From IMG/VR virus record IMGVR_UViG_3300005573_000079: a stretch of DNA of 64,000 nucleotides; one strand, given 5' to 3'. Every line of letters begins with the position of its first letter. Position 1 is the first letter of the stretch. The notes beneath the pieces were generated by a model. It had not been told where the DNA came from and made no database searches. It saw only the letters and a list, made by a program, of their open reading frames with translations. This document shows, in pieces, positions 46,741 to 58,000 of the stretch. The stretch comes from an uncultured virus (IMG/VR IMGVR_UViG_3300005573_000079) (lineage: Duplodnaviria; Heunggongvirae; Uroviricota; Caudoviricetes; Crassvirales). Position numbers and translations under genes: made by a program.

Positions 46741-48312
46741 ATGGCAATTAACGAAAAAAATGCTACTTATGTGTTTGTAGCTAACTCTGATTTTACAGGA
46801 ACTACACTTGATGACCTTAAGGGTGTCAATAATAGTGGGAAAGTAGCTATTGTAGATGAGTCGGGAAGTGTTAAAACATCCAGTATACTTAGTGCTGATA
46901 CTCAGGTAAGAGTTGCAGCTAATGTAAATGGTGTTCTGCATTTCTCTCCCTTCTTCAAACCTTCCCAAGCTACTATTACATACCAGGCAGGGCAAGCTGC
47001 TCTACCACAGGTAACTCTTATAGGGCACAACGGTGGTTCTCTCAATGTAGGTATTGGCTCGATTGTTACAGGAAACTATGTCCTGCGCATCTGGCTGAAT
47101 AGCACACGTGGGGTGTATGGTACAATGCCTGTTATTAAGGATGTTCTGTACTATGCAAACTCTTCTGTTGACACCCAGGCAACAGTGGTTAAGAATATTG
47201 TAGATTCAGGTAATAGCATTTTGAAGAAAGGAGTGCTCTATCCTCAAATTGCTCTGGCTCGTACAGTTGATGGTGCTGGTGGTGCTAATACTATTAGTGC
47301 TATTTCTGGTATTAAGCTTATCAAGCTCACTAAAGGTTCTACTACTGTAGGTGTATTCAATGTTAATACATCTGGTGCTGTAGCTACTACTGCCAGTGTG
47401 AGTGATGCAGCTATATTAACCATTCCTTCATATAATGGAAGGTCATTTACTTTCACTGCAAATGTTCTGGGTACAGGTGCTGGGCGTCATCTCATTTTCA
47501 TTAATGATGAAACATTTAATGTGGCAGATGCTGGAGATGCCAGTCAGAATGCTACAGCTATTGCTGCTGCTATTAATGCAGGTAGTAAGTATGCATCTGC
47601 AAGTGCTTCAACAAGCACTGTGACTATCACTCTGAAACCTAATGTATTTGCTGTAGTTCCTGCAGTTATTTATACTGCAGATGATAGTACTTTCACAGCA
47701 ATTGCAGTAAGTATTGCTTCAGGTGAGTCCAAAGCTACCAAAGCCATCATTAATGGTACTACTTCTTCAGCTGCAACCTTTGAACTTGACTTGCCCTGGG
47801 AAGGAGAGACCTGCTATGTAACTGTTGGTACAACTGAATCTTACTGTGCTGGTACTGTGACTGTGAATGGTTCGGCCAACTGGGGTATTAAAGTATCAGG
47901 GTTGCCCAAGCCTATCTTTAATCCTGTCACTGATGAGCCTGATGTAGTTAACTTTGTAGCTACCCTGAATGGTCCAGGCATTTATGCTGCTTCATACAAT
48001 GCTCAGAAGGGATTTGCTGGTGTTGGAACATATCATCAGGTTGCTCAGGCTGAAGTATATTCTTCCTTCATGGATGGATATATTGTCAACAGCTCAATGC
48101 CACCTACCAAATATCCCAACCAGGCTACAATCAATGCTACTAATGGACTTTACAATACTTTTGCTTTTGATGTGACTACTCCAGGCTTTGTAGCACAGGG
48201 TGCTGGAATTAACGTAAAGAGTGGATTTAGAGTGATGATAGCAGTTGATAGTGGGCTGTTTGATTCAGGTGAATCTGGTGCTGATATTAAGACTGTCTTT
48301 GGAATTTCCTAA
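46741..48312 (+). CDS. abundant virion protein (auxiliary capsid/decoration-like)
   Basis: 523 aa, A/G/S/T-rich; own promoter and terminator; synteny. Confidence 0.6.
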   Translation: MAINEKNATYVFVANSDFTGTTLDDLKGVNNSGKVAIVDESGSVKTSSILSADTQVRVAANVNGVLHFSPFFKPSQATITYQAGQAALPQVTLIGHNGGSLNVGIGSIVTGNYVLRIWLNSTRGVYGTMPVIKDVLYYANSSVDTQATVVKNIVDSGNSILKKGVLYPQIALARTVDGAGGANTISAISGIKLIKLTKGSTTVGVFNVNTSGAVATTASVSDAAILTIPSYNGRSFTFTANVLGTGAGRHLIFINDETFNVADAGDASQNATAIAAAINAGSKYASASASTSTVTITLKPNVFAVVPAVIYTADDSTFTAIAVSIASGESKATKAIINGTTSSAATFELDLPWEGETCYVTVGTTESYCAGTVTVNGSANWGIKVSGLPKPIFNPVTDEPDVVNFVATLNGPGIYAASYNAQKGFAGVGTYHQVAQAEVYSSFMDGYIVNSSMPPTKYPNQATINATNGLYNTFAFDVTTPGFVAQGAGINVKSGFRVMIAVDSGLFDSGESGADIKTVFGIS

Positions 48313-48320
48313 TATAAGTT

Positions 48321-48355
48321 AATAGGGGAAGCCCTCATGGGCTTCTCCTATTTTT
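48321..48355 (+). terminator. intrinsic terminator
   Basis: AATAGGGGAAGCCC-TCAT-GGGCTTCTCCTATT-TTT. Confidence 0.75.
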
Positions 48356-48382
48356 ATCTATAACCAATTAAACATTACTATT

Positions 48383-48901
48383 ATGAATATAGACAATATT
48401 CAGTTTGGTGATGGTATAGCAGTAAGAGGTAAAGCATGGCTTAGTAAGGCCATTAGATACTTCATGAGGCAATACAAACCGGGAGTTAAGGATTACAGTC
48501 ATAATGCTGTAATTATTAATATGTGGGGAGAGAAGTGGGTTGCTGAGGCTCTTGTCTGGGGAGTGAGATTAAGACCTTTTGCTTATACTGAATATGCTCA
48601 CAGTACAAACTGGGTTATCTTAAGAGATAAGAGGGGGTTTAATGAAGAGCAGATTAAGCGTATGAGTTGGAAGTGTGCCAGTCTAGCAGGTGTAAGGTAT
48701 CAATATGAAAATTTGCCTACATGGATAATCAGGGTTTGGCTTAAGCTGAATCTCTTCAAGAAGAGAAATGAGAAGTCAATATATTGTTCTGAGCTTCTTG
48801 CTATTGCAATAAATGAAGCATATCCTGGTACATTTAAAGCACCTAATGCTATGTCACCTGCAGACCATATTGCCAGTGGAGTGTATGATATAATAGAATA
48901 G
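48383..48901 (+). CDS. permuted papain-like (YiiX/YaeF, NlpC/P60 superfamily) amidase
   Basis: GD...YSH..V...EA ... YCSEL. Confidence 0.75.
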   Translation: MNIDNIQFGDGIAVRGKAWLSKAIRYFMRQYKPGVKDYSHNAVIINMWGEKWVAEALVWGVRLRPFAYTEYAHSTNWVILRDKRGFNEEQIKRMSWKCASLAGVRYQYENLPTWIIRVWLKLNLFKKRNEKSIYCSELLAIAINEAYPGTFKAPNAMSPADHIASGVYDIIE

Positions 48902-48907
48902 TAAGTT

Positions 48908-49273
48908 ATGGAACAGTCATTTTTAGAAGCGCTAAGATTGGGAGCAATAGAGATATTGCATTCTGTAAATACAAAATTTCTTGTATTGTTCATTGTTATT
49001 ATGTTTTTATTTAATGAAGCTATCAATCATCCTGAACTATGTCAATGGTTAAACTGGCTTCAGAAAGTACCCACAAGTATTAGAGTATTTGTATCTGGTA
49101 TTTTACTTGCTATTATATTTGCATTATTAGAAGGCTATAGAGATGCTGACAATATAAGAAAGTTGTTCTATGCTATAGTTGTTGGCATGGTAATATGGAA
49201 GTTAGGAGTTAGCTATTTGTTTGATGCAATTAAGCAATGGTGGAACAAACTATGGAGTAAGGTAATACAATGA
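48908..49273 (+). CDS. holin-like membrane protein (3 TM)
   Basis: hydrophobic segments; lysis cluster. Confidence 0.55.
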   Translation: MEQSFLEALRLGAIEILHSVNTKFLVLFIVIMFLFNEAINHPELCQWLNWLQKVPTSIRVFVSGILLAIIFALLEGYRDADNIRKLFYAIVVGMVIWKLGVSYLFDAIKQWWNKLWSKVIQ

Positions 49274-49704
49274 AGGATATTATTAAGATTATCATTGATT
49301 GGCTTAAGACAAGAAGTAAGAGTACTCTGGTAGCATTGACATTGATAACACCACTTGTGGTATATATTTCAGTGCCATTACTATTTAGGGTAAGATACAA
49401 TACAAAGGATATTGAAGAGTTGAAGTCTAAGGTAGAGGTAATGAATAAGCAGCTTGATAATCTATATACTAGTGTAACACTTTACAAAGTATCACATTTA
49501 ACCTCTGTAGTGAACTATGTAGATAATGCAATTACAATAGCACAAACTGAAGTTCTACTTGAGGTTAAGACTGAACTTGAACGTATTACCGATAAGTCAA
49601 ATACTAATAATCGGGATGTGCAATCTGAGCTTGATAGGTGGGAGAAGACAATAATCAGGAAGAACAAGATTGATAGCACTAAGGTAAATATGAAGATGAA
49701 ATAA
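49270..49704 (+). CDS. membrane-anchored coiled-coil protein
   Basis: N-terminal TM then coiled coil. Confidence 0.55.
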   Translation: MKDIIKIIIDWLKTRSKSTLVALTLITPLVVYISVPLLFRVRYNTKDIEELKSKVEVMNKQLDNLYTSVTLYKVSHLTSVVNYVDNAITIAQTEVLLEVKTELERITDKSNTNNRDVQSELDRWEKTIIRKNKIDSTKVNMKMK

Positions 49705-49722
49705 AGTTAGGAGGAGTGTGTT

Positions 49723-50088
49723 ATGAAACATAGAGTTATCATTAAATGGGCTATATTCTTGGTTGGATTTATCATTGCTGCTATAAATTATGTTAATGCC
49801 GGAGTATTTGAGCTAATTATAAAATCTGATGGTTATCAGCAACTTGCTGGTATTGGAGTAATGCCTGTAACAAGTAATGCCGGTACTATTGAAGATGGTA
49901 TTTTAGCTTTAGGATTTATGCTCATCTATTCAGCATTGGGTGGCATAATTTCTGTTATGTCTGCTCAGATTTATTTGTATATTTGTGAGGTCATAGGTAT
50001 TAAACCTAATCTCTACAAATTCTTAACGGGAGAATCTGAAGATGAGCAGACTAACAATAAAAAGAGTAAAGATAAGAAGGCTAACTAA
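49723..50088 (+). CDS. membrane protein
   Basis: 2 TM, basic C-terminus. Confidence 0.55.
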   Translation: MKHRVIIKWAIFLVGFIIAAINYVNAGVFELIIKSDGYQQLAGIGVMPVTSNAGTIEDGILALGFMLIYSALGGIISVMSAQIYLYICEVIGIKPNLYKFLTGESEDEQTNNKKSKDKKAN

Positions 50089-50248
50089 GATTTTTATATT
50101 AGCTTTTGTACTTGGTAGTGCAGCACAGATGTTTAAACCCCTACATATGGGGTGGCTATGTCAGATACTTAACTGGGTTGCTTTGACAGGAATCACAGTA
50201 TCTGTTATAAGTGAGGTTGTAATTATAACCAGAAATAAAAAAGAGTAA
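50042..50248 (+). CDS. small 2-TM membrane protein
   Basis: hydrophobic, overlaps previous gene. Confidence 0.5.
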   Translation: MSRLTIKRVKIRRLTKIFILAFVLGSAAQMFKPLHMGWLCQILNWVALTGITVSVISEVVIITRNKKE

Positions 50249-50249
50249 A

Positions 50250-50711
50250 ATGTTATGGCTGTATTTAATATTCCTGGCAAGTGTAATACTTAAAGCTTCA
50301 GGAGATGCACTTAAAGATGGTGCTAAGTTTGCAATCAGTACAGATACAAGATATAAGCTGTCTGCTACAGGACATTTACTTGTAGCTATCTGTATAGGAT
50401 TACTTGTATTTGCTACTTTAATGCCATCACTTGGGATAGATGCTCTAAGGTATCATAATCTCATCTGGTGGCTTCTATTTTATGTGCTGATACATTTCTC
50501 TCTCTTTAATCCTGTATATAACATAACAAGGATGCTTATGCCAGGAAGTACTATAACATCTATCTATTATTCTGGGAATACATCAGTATTTGACAAGTTT
50601 GAGAATAGCCTGACAGAGAGGTTCAGAATACATCCAATGTACATATTCTGGATAAGAGTAGTAGGGAATTTCTCTCACGTCATGCTTGTTATACAGATGT
50701 TTAACTCATAA
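50250..50711 (+). CDS. multi-pass membrane protein
   Basis: hydrophobic; F...YN......Y.G.TS..D. Confidence 0.6.
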   Translation: MLWLYLIFLASVILKASGDALKDGAKFAISTDTRYKLSATGHLLVAICIGLLVFATLMPSLGIDALRYHNLIWWLLFYVLIHFSLFNPVYNITRMLMPGSTITSIYYSGNTSVFDKFENSLTERFRIHPMYIFWIRVVGNFSHVMLVIQMFNS

Positions 50712-50722
50712 ACTATACTATT

Positions 50723-51184
50723 ATGCCAGTACTAAGTTCTGCATCAAAGCAAAAGCTTGCTCAATGCCACGAAGACTTGCAGGCACTATTTAACACAGTA
50801 ATACAGTATTATGACTTTACCATAGTGTATAGTCATAGACCTGTAGAAGAACAATTTCAACTATTCAAGTACGGGAGAAAGCTTGTTAATGGTGTGTGGG
50901 TAATAGATGATAAGAGTAAGGTTGTGACATATTGTGATGGCAAGACAAAGCTCAGCAATCATAACTACTATCCTTCCAGAGCTATTGATGTGGCTCCTTA
51001 CCCTATTGATTGGACTGATGACCTATCATTTGCATACTTTGCAGGTAAGGTAATGGAGCTATATAGAGTATTAAAGAAAGAAGGAGTTATCAAGTCTAAC
51101 ATCAGGTGGGGAGGTGATTGGAATATTAATGGTAAGACAAAGGATGAGAGACTTGTTGATTTACCACATTTTGAAATTTATTAA
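50723..51184 (+). CDS. endolysin, M15 family L-Ala-D-Glu peptidase
   Basis: LS..S...L..CH.DL, R..EEQ, S.HN..PS.A.D, RWGGDW, DLPHFE. Confidence 0.88.
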   Translation: MPVLSSASKQKLAQCHEDLQALFNTVIQYYDFTIVYSHRPVEEQFQLFKYGRKLVNGVWVIDDKSKVVTYCDGKTKLSNHNYYPSRAIDVAPYPIDWTDDLSFAYFAGKVMELYRVLKKEGVIKSNIRWGGDWNINGKTKDERLVDLPHFEIY

Positions 51185-51195
51185 ATTCAATCATT

Positions 51196-51771
51196 ATGGC
51201 AGTATTACAATTTTCAGCTCAGGAAAATATAGGATTAATCGCAATATCTTTTACAGATTTGAGTGCCTGGGGTACTCCGCCACTACCTGCAAGGAATGGT
51301 CTTAGTGGTGCTGTATCTATAGTTATTGACGTATATTTGCTTGATGGTACGCATGTAACAAGTCCTACGATAGATGTAACTACCCAGGTAGTAAATAACA
51401 CACTTATAAACTATCAGATTTTAGCATCAACTATTAACTCTACATGGACTACTCTTCCACAAGGTGTATATTACATAAAGTTCTCTTATTCCACTTATAT
51501 GACTGGTGGGATGGTGTATGTTATTTCAACAATAGCCAGTAAGATTAACTCTCTTGCTACTGAGTTACCTACACTTTATGATAAAGTAATTCATAAAGTA
51601 AGTCCTTATGATATAAATGAAGCTGCTGAGAAAATGGTTATTTACTATCTGTGGAAGGCCATGCTTTACTCGCAACAGGCACTTGCTTATACCGGAACAT
51701 TGCCTAATCCTGTAGAGCAACAGAATGTACTAAGATATATCAATACATACTTAGAATCTAAAAATTATTAA
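51196..51771 (+). CDS. virion structural protein
   Basis: LP.GVY.I; crAss-like synteny. Confidence 0.5.
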   Translation: MAVLQFSAQENIGLIAISFTDLSAWGTPPLPARNGLSGAVSIVIDVYLLDGTHVTSPTIDVTTQVVNNTLINYQILASTINSTWTTLPQGVYYIKFSYSTYMTGGMVYVISTIASKINSLATELPTLYDKVIHKVSPYDINEAAEKMVIYYLWKAMLYSQQALAYTGTLPNPVEQQNVLRYINTYLESKNY

Positions 51772-51773
51772 TT

Positions 51774-52067
51774 ATGGATTTACTAAGTTATTTTCCTAAT
51801 ATTGACAGAGGTAAAATTACAACTACAGTAGCAGCAGATAGTACTATGTACACTATGATAGCTACTAAAATGCCTACCTTTGCGAGTAGAACAGCTACTA
51901 TGTTATCATTTGCATCATATCTACACGATATCACAGCTACAAAGTTAAACTTTGTATGTACTATGCAGATGATTGATGCCCTAATAGACTACTACACAAA
52001 TAGTAGTATGTCAGAGGATAGTGCTAGAGAACTTAAAGATAAATTACAACTAATACTTGAACTATGA
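51774..52067 (+). CDS. hypothetical protein
   Basis: ORF, packing. Confidence 0.55.
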   Translation: MDLLSYFPNIDRGKITTTVAADSTMYTMIATKMPTFASRTATMLSFASYLHDITATKLNFVCTMQMIDALIDYYTNSSMSEDSARELKDKLQLILEL

Positions 52068-52390
52068 TAAAAACTTATGACGTAGTGTCTTTCCTGCTAA
52101 TACTGGTATTAGTAGTCTTGCTTGGTAATAGTATGCATGAAACTTATCTTGAGAAAAAAGCTCATGCTGTCACCAGGCAAAAACTTGAAAGAGCTCTGGA
52201 TACTATCACACTCTATGATGGGCAGATGTTGCTCATGTACAAGAAGTTACAAAGTAAAACTATTGAGTTAGTCAGCTTAAAGAGAGAGTTAACCACATTA
52301 AAAAAGCATCAATATGTACAGGATACTATTAATCTTAGTCTTGATGATAGTACCGCTTTCAGGCAAATCACAGAGAGATACAATCATTAA
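52064..52390 (+). CDS. spanin-like inner-membrane coiled-coil protein
   Basis: N-terminal TM + coiled coil, overlapping partner gene. Confidence 0.5.
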   Translation: MIKTYDVVSFLLILVLVVLLGNSMHETYLEKKAHAVTRQKLERALDTITLYDGQMLLMYKKLQSKTIELVSLKRELTTLKKHQYVQDTINLSLDDSTAFRQITERYNH

Positions 52391-52724
52391 GGTAAATAAT
52401 CATGTATGGTATTGCTTTGATGGGCAGACTATTGTACAAATAAATGCAGATTTACATCGTAAGGATTATTGCCTGCAGAGAGAGGTATTATTAAACCAGC
52501 AGGTTATGTTATATGATAGTCTGCTTAATGATTGCACAAAGTTACAGGCTCTTACTACTGCAAAGAATATAGAACTATCAAACCAAGTTGACACTATGAA
52601 TGTCGCAATTAATACATTAATAAGAGACAGCCTTATGCAAATAAAGCAATATAAGTCTAAAGCTACAATATATAAGCTCACCTCAGCAGGATTATTTGTG
52701 TTACTTGTAATATCAATACTATGA
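52314..52724 (+). CDS. spanin-like partner (signal peptide, coiled coil, C-terminal TM)
   Basis: MYRILLILVLMIVPLSGKS|Q; C-terminal LTSAGLFVLLVISIL. Confidence 0.5.
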   Translation: MYRILLILVLMIVPLSGKSQRDTIIKVNNHVWYCFDGQTIVQINADLHRKDYCLQREVLLNQQVMLYDSLLNDCTKLQALTTAKNIELSNQVDTMNVAINTLIRDSLMQIKQYKSKATIYKLTSAGLFVLLVISIL

Positions 52725-53458
52725 AGACTAACATTTCACTCAATGAAATAGCATATGGATTCAGGGAGTTATATAGAGCTAAGTTTAAAGATACAGACTC
52801 TCCGGACATAAGACTTGTTAAATACTGGGTGCAGGAAGTAAGAGCTAAGCTTATCAAACAAAAAGTTGATAAGCTTGGTATGTTTCAGATAGATGAGGTA
52901 TTTGTACAGTCAATACCATCTACTCTGGAAAGAGTAAGTAGTAGTCAGGTGAGCTTTGCTGGACTTACTCTTAGTACCATAGACCCTGATATTTATCTCT
53001 ACAGGACAGTACGTAATATACCACAGGTTATAGAGAAGCAAGGTACTGCTGGTGTATTTACAAGAATAGGGCCAGAAAGAAGCTCACTTGGATATCTTAT
53101 ATTACCTTATGGACAGTGGCTTACTGCGGGTTATGGAGCTTTCAACAGGCAATTTGTGTATGCTACTTACTTAGATAGAAGAATATATCTGAAGTCAGGT
53201 AATCCTTCCAACCTTGGCTCAATCACAGCCATAGAAGTACGTGGAGTATTTCAGAATCCTGTAGAAGCTGCTCTGATTGCTAACCCTACTTACACAGATG
53301 ATGATGATTATCCTATCAGTCAAGCTATGGTAGATGATATTTATACTATACTCATGTCTAAAGAGTTTAAAGCTACTTATGCTCAATTTGAAGATAAGAC
53401 AGCTAATGCATCTAATGACCTTAGTGATGCTGGTACAAGAACCATTAAACAGCAGTAG
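52721..53458 (+). CDS. virion ring/tail protein
   Basis: RA.LIKQ, GVF.NP, DDYPIS; synteny before IHF-like/Ttub/Tstab. Confidence 0.65.
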   Translation: MKTNISLNEIAYGFRELYRAKFKDTDSPDIRLVKYWVQEVRAKLIKQKVDKLGMFQIDEVFVQSIPSTLERVSSSQVSFAGLTLSTIDPDIYLYRTVRNIPQVIEKQGTAGVFTRIGPERSSLGYLILPYGQWLTAGYGAFNRQFVYATYLDRRIYLKSGNPSNLGSITAIEVRGVFQNPVEAALIANPTYTDDDDYPISQAMVDDIYTILMSKEFKATYAQFEDKTANASNDLSDAGTRTIKQQ

Positions 53459-53460
53459 CT

Positions 53461-53991
53461 ATGCCTAAGTTTAACTATGCTCCTGAGATAAAGATTAAAG
53501 ACCTGTATAAGTATTACAAGGAGGTAACTAACAATCCTGTATCAGCATCCCTGTATGGTAAGATACTATTTGATTTCTTCGCAAAGAAGATGGATTATAT
53601 ACTTCATGAAGGGGGCATATTTCACATACCAGCAGGTATGGGTATGATATGTGTAACTAAGAATAAGTTTAATATTAAACTTGATGACCAGGGCAACGTG
53701 ATGAAGGAAAGGCTACTGGTAGATTGGAAGAAAACCTGGGAATTATGGGGTAAGCAATATCCCGGTAAAAGTTTGGAAGAGATTAAGAAGATAAAACACA
53801 AAAAAGTTGTATATTTGCTTAATGAACATACTGACAGTTATGTATGTGCTATAAGATGGGTAAAGGGTCATGCTTTTCTTAGAAATAAGCTGGCATACTC
53901 ATTCTTACCCATGAGAAGGCATAAAAGAAATTTAGCTAAAATAATAAAGTCTAAACCATCTGTAATGCTTAAATATTATGAAATCAGATAA
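53461..53991 (+). CDS. IHF-like protein of crAss tail module
   Basis: F.IP.GMG.I, VDWKKT.ELW, NEHT..Y, Y.F.P.R..KR.LA. Confidence 0.7.
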   Translation: MPKFNYAPEIKIKDLYKYYKEVTNNPVSASLYGKILFDFFAKKMDYILHEGGIFHIPAGMGMICVTKNKFNIKLDDQGNVMKERLLVDWKKTWELWGKQYPGKSLEEIKKIKHKKVVYLLNEHTDSYVCAIRWVKGHAFLRNKLAYSFLPMRRHKRNLAKIIKSKPSVMLKYYEIR

Positions 53992-54277
53992 AATAAAACG
54001 AGTGTCAAGTGAAGATACTAGAGTGTCATACTCAGTAAGAAAAGGAGATAGAAGTGCTGATATAACCATTGAAAGTATAGAGAATGGCTATCTTGTTACT
54101 GTCTCAGAGTGGGATGATAAGAAGATGCGCAGCGATACTAAGAAGTTTTTCTCAAAAGAAGACCCATCAAGTAAGATTGATGGACTTAAATCTCTTGAAG
54201 AGCTAAACATAGATAGTATGAAATCTGTATTTAATAGCCCTATTGTTAATGCTCTGGAAAAGAACACTAAAAAATAA
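53978..54277 (+). CDS. hypothetical protein
   Basis: ORF, packing. Confidence 0.6.
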   Translation: MKSDKIKRVSSEDTRVSYSVRKGDRSADITIESIENGYLVTVSEWDDKKMRSDTKKFFSKEDPSSKIDGLKSLEELNIDSMKSVFNSPIVNALEKNTKK

Positions 54278-54282
54278 AGAGT

Positions 54283-55074
54283 ATGTTAAATGGTAAGTAT
54301 GTAGAAGTAAGTAGAATACTTGAGAATGTATCAAGGGACTTTGGGTTTCAACCACAAATACAGGATGTAGTTGAGTGGATATGGACTATTGTTGGGTTGA
54401 TTGGACTACCTGACAGTTTATATGATGATGCTGCTCTCATTGAGATAGAGAACTATAGAGGTGCACTGCCTGCTAACTTTTATGAACTTTCAGGAGAAGG
54501 AGCAGTCAGGGATTACTATTCTAAAGAGCCTCTTATATATATGACCAACACAGCTAACTTACTTGATGCTAATGAGTCTGCTGGAACTGTTGTATACTCG
54601 GAACGTCTTGGCATACACAAAGATGAAAATGGTGTTGAAGATGATGTAGTACTTATTAATCTTGTAAATGCATCATCCAATGAAACTAACTCTTATAAGA
54701 TAACTGGAGATTATATATACACAGGATTTAAAGAGGGCAAGATAGAGATACAATATAAGGCATTTCCTGCTGATGCAAATGGGCTGCCTCTTGTACCTGA
54801 AGACCCCCAGTATATACGTGCTGTTACAGACTATATAGGCGAGAGGATGGCATTCAGAGCTATGCTAAGAGATGAAATTTCAGAGAGGAAATATATGCTA
54901 ATTAAACAGCAATATACTTTCTCTATAGGTGCTGCAAGAACTAAAGGGCTTATGCCATCTATTGATAAGATGGAAGCTTTGAAGAACAGGTCTTACAGAC
55001 TAATTAATACTAACACAGAGCATAGAGGTTCATTTAAATATATGGGTGACCCACAGCTATTAAGACGTATCTAA
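54283..55074 (+). CDS. tail tubular/ring protein
   Basis: I.NYRG.LP..F, I.T.FK.G.I.I.Y.A.P.D..G.P. Confidence 0.75.
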   Translation: MLNGKYVEVSRILENVSRDFGFQPQIQDVVEWIWTIVGLIGLPDSLYDDAALIEIENYRGALPANFYELSGEGAVRDYYSKEPLIYMTNTANLLDANESAGTVVYSERLGIHKDENGVEDDVVLINLVNASSNETNSYKITGDYIYTGFKEGKIEIQYKAFPADANGLPLVPEDPQYIRAVTDYIGERMAFRAMLRDEISERKYMLIKQQYTFSIGAARTKGLMPSIDKMEALKNRSYRLINTNTEHRGSFKYMGDPQLLRRI

Positions 55075-55075
55075 T

Positions 55076-58000
55076 ATGAGTACTCCTGTTGTTAATACTT
55101 TCAGTGGTGGAATGACTAAAGACTTATCATTTAATAAGTTTCCGAATGATAAGTATTTTGATGCCTTAAATCTTCGTGTGCTGACTGATAAAGAAGGAGG
55201 TACAATATCACTTGTTTCTGCTAAAGGTAATCAGATTGTTACATCCTTCTATGGTCAGCTATTTGGCTATTGCTCTATACGTGATAACCTGTATTTATTC
55301 TATGAAAGTGATGATATTGGATATATAGTCAAAGTAGATATGTCTAATTATCAGTTCACTACTGTATATTCTTATTCTAATTTGTTTGGGGGTAGTGGAT
55401 ATATTAGTGCTGTTGGAATTTATGAATCTGAGAATATACAGAAGATATATTGGTCTGATGGAAGTAATCCATTGAGGATGATTAATGTAGCAGTGGATAA
55501 CTCAGGAAAAGTACCTGATGATTTTAATATCTTACCTGCTGCCCCCATGGTGCCTCCTTATATAACAGGCATAACTACAGGCAATCTCAAGACCTCTATG
55601 ATACAGTATGCATATAGATTATATGTAGAGCATGGCCAGCAAACTGCATTTTCTCCCGCAGGAAATATTGTACATATCACAGCAAGTCCTGATACTAATA
55701 CAGAAAGCTACTATACAGGCTCAGATATAGACACATACACAGCTAAAGGTACAGTAGTTAAAGTGTATCTTTATAGTATGCAATTCAACAGGATTGAGCT
55801 TGTAGCTATTCAATATGAAAGGCAAGAAGAAACTCCTACTATTCGTATAGTTGAAGATAGAGCTATATTACCCAATAGTTGGTTGGTACTTACATTTAGA
55901 GATACAGGACAGAGTTTTGGTACATACAGTACTGAAGAATTTATGATATTAGCAGACTCTTCGTTTACTTGTGGTACTTTGAAAGTAAAGGATAATATTC
56001 TCTTTGCTGCTAATATAACTAATGAATCTGAACCATCCTTTGATTTTGATGCAAGAGCATATAGTTTTGACCATCTTCAGTATCTATACCTATGGAGTTC
56101 TGATGGAAATGAGTTAATCACAGGGCATGTAGGTGGTTCTTATTACCATTATAAAAACTCTTCAGGTGCTCCATTTGACAGAAGCCATACAAACTATACC
56201 CTATATGCTACCTACACATCTCTATCACAAATACCTGCAGACTTTGATTGTGTAAATACATTTAATAATATTACCAGAGATAATATAGATGCTACATGGT
56301 CTCAGTTTCAAATGGATGGTACTACCTTTGGGGCTGAAGGACCTAACATTAAAATTAGCATAGACGTTAACTCTAAACCTATAGGTAATTACGATAGCAC
56401 ATCCAAGGTAACATCTCCTATAGATTCAGGTACATCATTCAGGCAGAGCTATGCTAATCCACTCTGGCAGTCTTATAGGTCATTTCAACCAGGAGAGGTA
56501 TACAGGCTTGGGCTGGTAATATATAGAAATAACAGGCCATCTCCTGTTAAGTGGATTTGTGATATAAGAATACCCGAAGAATCACAAATAGGTCCATTAT
56601 TTACAGTAAGTAATGGCACTATCTATGCTAAGGTAGTATCTATGGCTGTATATCTCAGAAACTTACCACTGGGAGGTTCTGCAGCGCAGGTTGTTATGGT
56701 AAAGAGAGATATGCAGAATTCTACAGTACTTGCTATGGGTGCTATGTATCCTACACTAGTAAGAAGTGATATACCAGGTGCAGCTAATAAGGTGCAGATT
56801 ACACCTGTGATTACAATGCCCACCAATGTAAGTACATCTGTTGTTAAGTTTGTTGCTCCAGAGATAGTATATGGAGCATTCACTCCAGCTAATGGAGACT
56901 TCTTTAGATTTAAATCATATTTTAGTGGATATCAATATTATACAATCAATTATAATTCTACACTACGTGGTTACTTAATACGAAATGGTGCTACAAGTAT
57001 ACTTGCCCAATCTTATCGTGTTGATATAACTCCTACTGCACTTACCTTTATGACTCAACCCGAGTCTAATGATTATACATCATATAATGTAGGCAGTGGT
57101 ATTACTAATCTTGGTGTAATGGATGCAGGTTCTGCAAGAACTCTTGCAGGCAGTGGTATAGCTGCAGCTTTATCATCAGCTGACAATAGTGCTCTTAGAA
57201 CATTATGTAATGCTATTAATAACTATTATAATGTTTTATTTTGCTCTTACAGAAGGCCACTGACTAATCAATATGGTGGTAACTCTTATACAGCACGTCA
57301 GTTTAATATATATACTCCTGTACCTTTCACAGGTATTGCTATAAATTATACTTTCTGGGGTATATCAAACCCAGCTCCACAGTATAATACTACAAGTGCT
57401 TATACACAGTCTGGATTTATAGGTATAAATGGAGACACTTTTGCTGGTATGTTTGACTATTTAAATGGTTCATATGATACCAGTCTGTCTGTAAGTAATA
57501 GAATTATGTATGTTCATCTATTTCCTACATATAGTAGAATAAATCTGGCTCTTACCTCAGGAGATATATTCACAAGGTCAACAGACCCACTTGCTTATGC
57601 AGTGAAAGAAAAAGCAGGAGCTCAGGATGCTGGTGGTGATTTAATCTACACGCAGAATAGAGATTACTATGTATATAACACAGTATTCTCTCAGATGCCT
57701 TCTTATCCTTATTTCTTCCCACAGCGAGATATTAGTAAGAACTATAAATATGATTCAAGGATTAAGTTCTCATCTAAGAAGGTTGCGGGAGAATTAAAGG
57801 ATTCCTGGTGTAACTTTAGACCAGGTAATTACAAAGACCTTGATTCTATGTATGGCTCTATTAATGCTATGTTGATATTCAAGGGAAGGTTAATAATCTT
57901 TCAGACCAATGCTGTAGCAACAGGTGCTGTTGATGATAGACAAATGGTATCTCAGGATTCAACATTTGGGTCTGTAACAATAGGTGTTGCACAACCATTA

